Source: Acanthaster planci
Lineage: Eukaryota
Reading direction: 5' to 3'
Assembly: GCF_001949145.1 (NCBI RefSeq)
Contig: NW_019091360.1
Coordinates: 4,004,925-4,024,924, forward strand
DNA length: 20,000 nucleotides
Part shown: piece after piece, positions 10,612 to 20,000 of the stretch
Layout of the letters: each line of letters begins with the position of its first letter
Position numbering within the stretch: position 1 is the first letter of the stretch
Translations under genes and position numbers: made by a program
The notes under the pieces: generated by a model
Seen by the model: the letters and a program-made list of their open reading frames with translations, nothing else
The model's database searches: none
Told to the model about the DNA's origin: nothing

Positions 10612-10862
10612 GGTTTGAACATAATATGTGGGTCAAACTCTGACAATGACCAGGAAGACCCCGCTACATTGCAAAATGTCACTAAAATGTTGCCAGGACG
10701 GGATGAAACTTGGAAAATTGGACGAAAACTTGCTCTTTCGAGATCATACTGTGTTGCCAGCACGTGCATGAAGTTCCCACTACATTCTCATTATGATTAA
10801 CCCTGACAGTCCTCAATCCTTCACCTGTTAGAGGATTGAGGACTGTTAGGGTTAAACTGATG
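10612..10862 (+). pseudogene. Exon-like segment with weak death-domain-like motif, interrupted by a hairpin element
   Basis: Acceptors at 10599-10600 or 10610-10611; donor tg|GTGAGT at 10863. Frame reads ATLQNVTKMLPGRDETWKIGRKLALSRS; stop at 10798-10800. Confidence 0.3.
10801..10851. mobile_element. 51-bp TTAA-flanked hairpin element, copy 2
   Basis: TTAA (10797-10800) CCCT...AGGG TTAA (10852-10855); 20-bp arms with one G-T mismatch; same core as copy 1. Confidence 0.8.
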
Positions 10863-11011
10863 GTGAGTTCCGACTCTGCTAAGATGCAATCGGATCATTC
10901 CACAATGTAAAAGACTTCAATGTGATTGTAGGCCTATATGACCTAAAAGATCATGGTACGATGGTAATACCACACATATACTTTGTCGCTGCGTGTATAA
11001 TTTATATGGTA

Positions 11012-11464
11012 AGGGGGGGGGACATTTATGTACATGTTTAAATGAAAAAGTTCCAAATCCGTTTATAGATTTTCCCAAACGTTAAATGGAACCACCCCTT
11101 TTAGAGGTTTGACGTTTTGATTGACAAATTCTGGCGTTCATTTTTATTGTAAACAATGTCTGTAAAATGGAATCTGATTTTCGGAATATTTTTTTCCTTT
11201 CAGCATCGATGTACACCGTACTTTTTGAGAAAAAATGTGGATTCCAAAACAATAAACATTGCTTGTTTTAATTGCCCCAACATCGATCTACATTTGTACG
11301 TTGGTTGGACCATGTGCATTGTTGAACTACCCGTATATAATTATGCACAAAAACGCCGAGATGGGCGGCGATGGCCTCTGTAAACTGTTAGCACACGTTT
11401 AAATTTTAAGCGGTGTGGGAAAGCTTGCTGAACATTTTTCAAAGTAAATGTAAATTTCCACCCT
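11012..11464. mobile_element. Degenerate non-autonomous TIR element (~450 bp), superfamily uncertain
   Basis: Left end ta-aggg(g)n-acattta...gtttaaatgaaaaagttc resembles the reverse complement of the right end ta-agggtggaaatttacatttactttgaaaaatgttc. Confidence 0.5.
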
Positions 11465-11829
11465 TAGTGTGTGTGGTATGCTTGTCGCAAGCTGCCGTCA
11501 CGTTTTCAAGCATTGTACATGTATACATGTACAGTATTGGCTGGAACAGTGAACCCCATCCATTCTCTGGTGGGAACAGTATAAAATTCTTCTCAGTTGA
11601 GCTGTGCTTGTAAGATCCTACTGTGAGACCAAAGCACCAAGACTACATGTACATGTACATGTATGTGTGTGCCGTCTTTACTGTCACTGTGTTCTGAAGC
11701 CACTATGATTGGTAAATTTTGGCCTTGTTCAAAATTTGGGCACGGTCACCTCCTCGTCCATGAAGACCCTGCTATCAGTTCCTACAAGTTCTAAAGTTAC
11801 ATCTCACCACAATTGGTCATGCTCTCCTG

Positions 11830-12125
11830 ATTTTTCTGAGGATGCACTGTACATGTAGTCATGTACATGTAAACCGTGTAGCTCAGTGAACCAGGAACAA
11901 GCTGTTTTAGCCATGGAAAACTGTGTTAGGGATTTACGACAATGGATGCTCAGGGACAAACTCATGATAAACGACACAAAAACAGAATTTATTATTATTG
12001 GCAGCAAACAACAGTTGTCTAAAGTTTCTATATCGGGTATTAAGGTCGGCAGCACCATTATCTCTCCTTCATTGAATGTTCACAACCTGGGTTGTTAATT
12101 TGACTCCAACTTGAGTATAGCCAAT
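11830..12125 (+). mobile_element. L2/CR1-group LINE reverse transcriptase fragment (truncated, dead)
   Basis: MENCVRDLRQWMLRDKLMINDTKTEFIIIGSKQQLSKV...VHNLGC*FDSNL is the typical post-YADD W-M..N-K-L..N..K-T-E / LG..FD motif set; in-frame stop at 12096-12098. Confidence 0.9.
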
Positions 12126-12780
12126 AATCTCCACATGTTCATTTGCCAAATTGAATGATGAAATTGCTAAAGCGAACAATCTTTAACGACCAAAGATTTG
12201 GCTTTCTGTACTAATTCAGTGTACAGTGCCATCATACCAAACCATTGGGTATACTGAACATAACCCTTAACCCTCAAATTTTCTCTGCACATTGATCAGA
12301 ACATTGAAAATTTTGACAGAAACTGCACGACGTTCAAGTGATCTAGAATGCTGTCTTTCGGAGCATTAGCGCTCTTTTTTCTGAAGTCTTGGAGCATTGT
12401 ACTTCTGTGAAGAGGCGTATGAATATCAAATAGAAAGAAGTTGCCCTACATGTATCTGGTCCCATGCCAAAGGTCAAACAGCCCATAAAGCAGCAAAATA
12501 TTGAAGGACTTCCTAATGTTGTCATTGTCTGTATTTTGGACGCGGGTTTATGGAAATGTACATGTACAGTACTTGATGAAAATGTGGTTATTCAATAAAA
12601 TTTGCTGCAGATTAACTAAATTCAAAATATTCTTTTTTTGCTCCCACCCTAATAAAAACACAGTCTTCCCTTGTCAATCCAAACATTCATCTCTTTGTAA
12701 TTTAAAGCCGAGTCACATTTACATGTACCGGTACTTGGAGAGAGTTTTGAAAATAAACCCAAGCAAAATGAAAGAGAAAC

Positions 12781-13155
12781 TTGATAGCTTTAAGTTTTCT
12801 GTGATAACCTTTCAAGGTGTTGGCATCACATTGCATTTATGCACCTGTAAACTGCTGGTTTATTTGCGTAGCATCTCTGAAGGCCTACATGTATACATTC
12901 TGAAGTATTTGTGTTTTGGTAAGATCCATGAAGGTGCAGCACAGGCTGCAGGGAAGCTCATGTCTTGTCCACAATTCAAAATTTATAATTGCATGATTGT
13001 TTCTTTGATTCTCTCTCAGGTTGGTGAGACACACTTCCTTCATAGATGTCTACAGAAGGGCTACTTTCTCCACTTTGAACAAGAGTTCTTAGACTTCCCA
13101 ACAAGGTAAGCCTTTTCTTCCTATTAACAGCACAAGTTTTTTGGGTCCAATTTCA
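12781..13155 (+). repeat. Direct repeat copy A1 (paralog of 17620-17930), containing exon-like 13020-13105
   Basis: Shared blocks ttttctgt.ataacctttcaa, atccatgaaggtg, gcatgattgtttctttgattctc.ctcAG|gttggtgaga, actttgaaca.gagttctt and aag|GTAA. Confidence 0.85.
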
Positions 13156-13340
13156 AGAGGTTTTGTTCACTCCAGTGTGTGTTTGTTTGGACACCTTCCT
13201 CCACTCCTCATGTCAGCCTTGGTCACAACGTTGCAGATCAAGGTGGACACGACTTCACCAATCTGCGTCCTTGAAGTTGACTAACTGGTTGGCACGGCTT
13301 AACCAATCAGCTTCCTTGAAGTCAAGATTCACCTGTTTTC

Positions 13341-16050
13341 AAACTTAAAAGCTGTATCAAAAAGGCTAAATGTTTCAACATCTACATGTAGATAGATTGG
13401 CCACCCAAAACTAACATACATGTACAATGAATTCATTGGCTGACAATCAACACGAGAGAAGTAAGAGGCAATTGGGCCGATTTCGGAAAAACACAAAGTC
13501 AAATTTTGTGTTTGTGTTGGTTTGATGATGTAACGGGGGAGATGAGCAGGCATGCATGAAGATACATGTGAGCTGGCTTTGTTATGCCCCAAATGCATTG
13601 AAACGAGGAGTTTTGACGATGTTCAGAAAATCCACAAGATTAGACAGTAATCTTTAATATACATAAAACCTAAAATCTTACTCTTAGCTGGTCCAAACAA
13701 TTGTGAGATTTATTCCGAAATAAGGTACAGGTAGATGTAGGAGTCATTCAATGTGGAGTGGAACGTAACATACATATACAGTGTTTGATTTCCCCTGTAT
13801 CGCATCACATTTTGTGACGCAATATCGACCAAATGCTACCCGCTTTCTAAAATAAATCGCACATTGTGTGATGCAAAATGCACAGGGCTTCATGATGTAA
13901 CGATTTGATTGACACATACAGCAGGGCACATTGTCCTTTGAAATACACATATGTGGAAATTGAATCTGCTGACTTCATTGGTTCCCACACAAATTGCGTT
14001 CACTTGAGATAGCAAAAGTAGGGAACTAGGAATGCTCATGCATTTCACACGAAGGGAGCAGCATGCATTACAGGCTAGGTTCCAGGCACGGTTTGCATGC
14101 AGCATGTACTGTATGTGTATATGACTGAACATGTGGTCATCATTTCATGTCTCACAGTTGGACATTGCATTAAGTTTTAACTTCTGAACGAGTCAAATGG
14201 AAGTTGAAAGTGATGGAGATGTAAAATTAATTAGCGGAAGAGTGAAAAACAAGTTCACCTTGCACTTGCTAGAATGAAAAAAAATTGATTGATGTTTCAT
14301 TTTTGACTGACGTTACTTAGGCTTTTTAGTTAATAGGGAAGACAGTGCATCATGTGCTACCAGATTGTACATAAATAACGTTGCGAACTTTGACTTTCAC
14401 TTAACTTGTTGCCAAATCCCTTGTTGAAAAAGAATCATTTTGTAAAATACTTGTACTATGTACTATAACCTTCATAATACCGGGTACGTGAGCTGTTAAA
14501 CCTGTTGAACATTCAGTGTCCAAAATTCAAAACAGCGGCATCCGGAAATCGGGCAAGAATTCAGCTGAGGCTTCCCTGACCATGCTGATGGGGGGGCACA
14601 TGAAAAAATTCCCCCAAACGCAAATAAACATTAAAGAAATTCTTTGAAGTTCATGTAGATAAATTTTGCTAAATTATTATGAGCTCCACTTAAGCTAACT
14701 ACAAGTTTGAAAGAAGGCCATTTTTGTATTTTGGAAGCAGTTTCAAATAGTTCATCTAGGACTTCAGAAAAAAATTGAAAAATCAAGCCCAAATAAAAAT
14801 TTCATCGAAAGTTTGTGGTGGGTAGAGATTTTTCTAAAATCAATATTTTTGAATCGGAACGTTGGGAGTTTCCAATGTCACTAATGAAATTCGAGTTAAG
14901 TGGGCTACATTAGGGTACATCGACATATCCTTTCGCAAGTAAGCAATTGCCAGTCAGACGAGAAGCCAACATTAGTGTTCACACTTTTGCAAGCAAAGTT
15001 AGGGCCAGATTCTTTCAACAGTACAATTCAGTTCATCAATTAAGGGGCAGGATACTCAGATGTGTTTAGCCGATGATGCTTATCATGAACAGCCGTTTTA
15101 GGCAGATCCTGTTAGAGGTATTTTACCCCTATTTTCAGGTAATTAATGCCGACTTTACCCATTTGAAAAATTTTCCAACCCTAGACTGAGAACCCACTGA
15201 AACCCAAAATGATTTAAAAAACCATTGTTGAAAACCTTCTTTGTTTTATTGTTTCCTTATATACGGATATCCAGTGATTTCATACAGCTACATTGTGAAA
15301 AAAACTGCTGCACAAAATCAGGCAATTGCTAGGCAAACAAAATATTGCATGGCAGTTTTTGCTACGAAAATATTTTGAGGAAATCGAACAATTTGCTTTG
15401 CATACGTGTGTGCACTCGTATTCATGTGCAGTGGCAACAGAGACTATTCATACACAGCGGAGAATAACATGGTCAGCGTAGGCGTACCCAGACCTGTATC
15501 TCGGGCTGAATCGCGGGCTACCTTTAGACAAGTTGTATGTGTGTACATGTGAAGCTTCTAGGAAAAAGACAGCAACCCATGTGCGTGCCTGTTTGCTGTG
15601 TCTACAATTCTCAATGTGTCACAGAAAAAGTAATGAACCAATGTACATGGATCATGTACAGGTTTTCTTTCGTGAAAGTAAGTGGATTTGATTCCTGTGA
15701 TAGTAACTAAGCAGTCTTCCAAAACTCCTTGGCATACATGTATGCGACAACCAGGAAGGTTTAATGTCTACCCTTGAGGTTGATTGTTGTCTGAGAACGA
15801 TTGATTCCATGCATTATTGCACGGAAACCTTGAAAATACTAAGTCGCAGGTTACGAGATTCCTGTTCCAAACTACAAACTGCACAAGACCATGGTATGTT
15901 TTATTTTATGACAGAAACCTAACCAATCCTGCACTTAAATTTGATGTACATGTATGGAACAATCAACATAATAGACAAGAACCATGCAAGAACATAGCAT
16001 GCATGCCTCTACTACAAAACTTGCATGTGAAGATGCACCCTGTTTACAGC
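13341..16050. repeat. Left arm of a large diverged inverted duplication, interrupted by a 1.6-kb insertion
   Basis: 13341-13772 matches the reverse complement of about 17163-17633, and 15392-16050 matches the reverse complement of 16284-17162. Confidence 0.9.
13773..15391. mobile_element. ~1.6-kb insertion, probable non-autonomous DNA transposon (possibly nested)
   Basis: Absent from the paralogous arm (empty site at 17162/17163). Ends carry inverted 12-mers tgtttgatttcc (13782) and ggaaatcgaaca (15379). No clear TSD or ORF. Confidence 0.6.
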
Positions 16051-16283
16051 TATTTCGTGAGGGCCCATGTTTTTGACATTTTTTGGACCATAAATGGGAA
16101 AACTTCCATTTTTTTCAGTTTTGCAAAATGGTCTTGTCACCTGTTGTTTAAGGGTTATAATCAGGGAGAGAAGGGTTTCTTTGCCTCTTTAAAGATAAAA
16201 TGTATCAGAGACTACTGATTTCAGAAACTCTCTGTATGTATTAATGATGTGCTGGTGATCCCAAAACTTCAGGGGGAGCTACG

Positions 16284-17633
16284 GCTGTAAATACTGCATT
16301 TGTACTTGTAGGCTGCATCTTTACATGTGAGTCTCACGGTAGAGGCATGCTCGAAGTGCACCATGCTTGCATGGTTCTTGTCCACTGCGTTGATTGTTCC
16401 ATCAAACTGATGTGCACAATTTGTTGTATTTTTGTCATAAAACGATACCTACCTTGGTCTTGTGCAGTGTTATCGTTTCGGACAGGAATCTCTTAAACTG
16501 ACACTTGATGTTCTCCAGGTGTCCATGCAATGATGCAGTGAATTGATTGTTTCAGGACAACACTCAACACACTAAAGGTAGATTCTAAACCTTCCCAGCT
16601 GTCGCAGATACATGTACATGTAAGTAATTTGCCCAGGATTTTGGAGGACTGCTTAGACAAATATCCAGCAAAAAAATAAATTTAGGAAAGTGATGGATAA
16701 ATCTCCCTGTGTTACGTTGCAGCTGCTGTCATTGCCTTGGTGCTGTACTGCTGGGTCACTGCCAGGTTTGGCACTACATACTCATAACACAGACAGGTTC
16801 TGTGATATCATCCTCATTCATGGACGAGTAGATTATACACGCACATATGCAGTTGGTGTCGTAGACATCAAATCCACCCACTTTCTCTATAAGAATCCAG
16901 TATATGTACATTTGTATTTGTCACCTTTTCCGTGACACATTGACAATTGCAGACAAGGCAAACAGGCAGGCATGTGGGTTGCCGTCTTCTTTCTAGAAGC
17001 TTCACATGTCCAGATGTACCCATGGCTGACTGACCGTCCAATACAGGTCTGAATTCTCCCACACTGACTGCATTATTCTCCATGGTGTACGAACACATAT
17101 ACATGTAGTCTGTTACCACTGCATGTGAACACGAGTGTACACACACATGTATGCCAAGTAAATACATTACATTCTGCTCCGCCGTCAAACTCGTACTCCT
17201 TTATTTCGGAACAAATCTCACAAATATTTTGTCTAGATAGCTAAGGGTAAGATTTTAGGTTTTTTATACATATTAAAGATGAATGTCTAATATTGTGTAT
17301 TTTCTGCATGTCATTAATCCTAACCCCCCGGGTGTACGTAAAATTGTATTGAAATTGGAGGATTTGGGACTAGTAGGGCTAAAACTCCTTGTTTCAATGC
17401 ATTTGGGGGCATAACGAAGCCAGCTTACAGGTATTTTTGTGCATGCCTATTGTGCAGATCCTTCTGTTACATCATCCAACCAACACAGACACAAAACTTG
17501 ACCTCGCATGTTTCTGAAATCTTATTTGTCGCTTGTTTATTTTCGGCCAATGAATTCATTTTACATTAGTTTTTGGATGGCTGATCCATCTCCAAAACTC
17601 TGCATGTTTGAAGCCTTTTTAGTACCGCTTTAA
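16284..17633. repeat. Right arm of the large inverted duplication
   Basis: For example tggtcttgtgcag (16455) vs ctgcacaagacca (15879), and ttatttcggaacaaatctcacaa (17201) vs ttgtgagatttattccgaaataa (13701). Confidence 0.9.
17318..17378. mobile_element. Diverged third copy of the TTAA hairpin element (61 bp)
   Basis: TTAA|tcctaaccccc...ttggaggatttgggactagtaggg|CTAA. The last 24 nt match copy 2 at 19/24. Absent from the paralogous site at about 13613-13616. Confidence 0.65.
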
Positions 17634-17930
17634 CACTTTTCTGTCATAACCTTTCAAAGTCTGACTGTTGTGTCACTTCTTGGCATCCCAAAGTTGTAGA
17701 TTTATTAGGGTATTGGCCTATAAATTCTGAAATGTTTGTGCTTTGGAAAAATCCATGAAGGTGTAGCATGATTGTTTCTTTGATTCTCCCTCAGGTTGGT
17801 GAGAGACAACATCTTCTTTAATGCCTGCCTAAGAGATGGCCTGTCAACTTTGAACATGAGTTCTTGGGCTTCAATAAAGGTAAACAAAATTCATTCTATT
17901 AGTAGCACTGGTTTTTCTGGCCAATTTCCA
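17620..17930 (+). repeat. Direct repeat copy A2, containing exon-like 17795-17879
   Basis: Colinear with 12781-13155; acceptor ttctccctcAG and donor aag|GTAAAC are retained. Confidence 0.85.
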
Positions 17931-18708
17931 TTTAAGGCTTCAGTTTCTCAAATGAGGCAAAATTTCTGTTCTGTACACTGTTTTTAATTCTCCCAGAAAT
18001 GTAAAGTTTGCATGGTGTCAGAAATTTGTGTTTAATTTTTTTATTAATTTATTTTTTATTTTTACTTTTTCCCTTTTCATCCCAACTTGCTCACTCACTC
18101 GCCCACCACCCGACCCACCAAAATGTTTTTTGATGTAGAATTCAGCACCTTACAGCATTCACGGTTGTCAAATACTGTCAACTGCAAAAGTAGGGGTTTG
18201 CTGGTAGAATTGGGCATGTCCAGTGACCTCTTCCACTACTCAAATTCAAAATTTGACCTGCTTAGCAAATGAGGGCTGTCAGGCTGATTGCAGTTAATGC
18301 CCTTTCTTCAGGCCTATGGCTTGTTATATAATAGACCCAGGTCTTCAATAGTGAAAAAGCAGCATCCAAAAAGCCAACACATTGCTGTTGTGCATCATGT
18401 AGGAAGGAAAAGACATGTACATGTACACATGTGTATGAACCTGGTGTTTGATTTGAACTGAGCAGATAAGAAAAACTTGAACACTGACAAATTCCTTTCC
18501 TGGTTTGTATATTTGCTCTCTCAATTTATTCTGGAAACTGCAAAATTGCATGCATTTTATATATAAATCTTAAATAGTATTCTCTATTTTGTGTTTTCAA
18601 CGAAAGTAAAAGTAAACTGTGTTGACTAGTTTTACTTTTGGTTGTGATTGTATATTTCAGTTTTAAAACATTCTGTATAATTCCTGTAATTTCTTAATTG
18701 CTTTTTAG

Positions 18709-18927
18709 AACTCCAAGAGTGCCTAGCACAGCCAAAGCAGTCTACCCTCATTATGCTACCATCAACGGAGGTCCAGGAACCAGAAGAGGTCAGCATGCAC
18801 CTGCTCCACTTCGCTGCGCGTGCCGGTGGCCATTAGGGAACACAGCGCAGGTTGGTGGGCTGCATCAATGTTACATTGGTTGTACTTGTGACCGGCGGAG
18901 CAATGAATTCAGGAAGGTCAGAAAGGG
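18709..18927 (+). pseudogene. GC-rich exon-like segment (219 nt) with weak ankyrin-like motif
   Basis: Acceptor ctttttAG and donor gg|GTGAGT; length is divisible by 3. The phase-1 frame has LLHFAARAG (18801) followed by TAG at 18834; another frame is open but unrecognisable. Confidence 0.35.
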
Positions 18928-19444
18928 GTGAGTTGTTATCAAGTCATTTTCTTCTTGTTTCAAGAATGTTTCATGTCACTTCATACATGTACATGTAGAT
19001 GCAAGGATTCTTGCGGATGTTGGTTAATTTTTTATGCGCACCACCAAAAAAGCAGCAGCAGCAATTCCAAAAAAGAAAGAGGGTTAATTTGTCAGCTTCT
19101 GTTGTTAGTTCACCATTTTCAAATCTTTGGCGCTGCAGATCTTGACTGCTGTTCATATAACCCTCCAAAACTTCAGTAGTATTTAAAACACAAAATAAAA
19201 ACAAAGCGCTGCATAAGTTGTCAGTTTTGGTCAATGTACACTGTATTTCACTTTTTAAATCCTGGCGCTGCGAACATGTACATGTGTGATTTGTGGTTGT
19301 CAAATCTCAGGTTTTGGGTCAGTTTAAAGTCAAGTTTTACATCATAGCAAAGTCACAAGTCAAGCTTAATGTAGAGGTGTCTTCAGTTCAAGTGTTTAGA
19401 GTAAACAGGTAATGTTGAACTCCAAGGAATACACTTTAGCTGTA

Positions 19445-19917
19445 CAGTTCAGAGGGTACTAAATTTCCTCCGATCATTGGATTTTGTTGATGTCCTACGT
19501 AATACAGTGTTCAAAATTATTCAGGCTTAACATTTAAACTTTCACTTTGTCAAAAGTCAACCAAAACATCAGTGAATCAAATTGTGTTTTTCAGTATTGC
19601 CACCATTTTACAGTCTATAATAAAAAGGATTAGAGTTGGCCAATCAGCGCAATCAATTATAAGTGTAATTATGTTTACAACATTTTAATAGCCCTATCTT
19701 GCAAGTTTCAAACCTGCAACTTTTGAAAAGTCAGCAGAACTGGAGGCAACTTACCAGCAATTTTTTTTGTAATCATTCACCTGTTTGCTAATCACTGAAG
19801 ATAATTCTGGCACTAAATTAAATTTGTACAACCAGATTTATAAGGATTCTGACGACATTTAATAATACACAAAATCAGGGCCTCAACAAAATTCAATTGT
19901 CGGAGGAAATGGGACTG
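19445..19917. mobile_element. TIR MITE, Tc1/mariner-like (~470 bp)
   Basis: atttcctccgatcattggattttgttgatgtcct (19463) vs the reverse complement of 19877-19910, atttcctccgacaattgaattttgttgaggccct. Outer ends are TA|cagt...actg|TA. Confidence 0.75.
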
Positions 19918-20000
19918 TACAGAATTTATTTCCTGAAGTTCAACCTCAACACTTGAAATAAAAACAGCAACATAAAGCTTGAGTTTTTACTTTGTTGTGG

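Noticed and set aside
12501..13109. 202-aa ORF, the longest in the track
   Set aside because: TTG start, AT-rich intron-like composition, contains TACATGTA scars, and its paralogue has indels. Only 13020-13105 looks exon-like.
15817..17188. ORFs 15817-16218, 16690-16935 and 16868-17188
   Set aside because: Reading frames are not conserved between the two paralogous arms and no domain is recognisable.

Overview
AT-rich, intron-containing animal genomic DNA; the repeat types suggest a marine invertebrate such as a cnidarian, which is inference. Bases 839-3353 hold the last five + strand coding exons of an obscurin/SPEG/UNC-89-like giant kinase (C-terminal kinase domain), all with GT-AG boundaries and consistent phases. 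A probable long 3' UTR follows and contains a Tc1/mariner-type MITE. From about 5.8 kb onward the window is a rearranged, transposon-rich zone. It contains a CpG/GC-box promoter-like stretch and a recent unspliced copy of part of the kinase gene with damaged splice signals. Mobile elements include an internally deleted Kolobok element retaining KolX-like and THAP-like stubs, an L2/CR1-type LINE RT fragment, several MITEs, and three copies of a 51-61 bp TTAA-flanked hairpin element showing compensatory base changes. An old inverted duplication spans about 4.3 kb, with a directly repeated exon-like segment beside it. About 30 TACATGTA motifs occur, and several appear as insertions at TA sites when the paralogous arms are compared, as expected for Tc1-type excision footprints. 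Scattered exon-like segments suggest a degenerate spliced gene or lncRNA with weak death-domain-like and ankyrin-like traces. No prokaryotic features, RNA genes or CRISPR arrays were seen.
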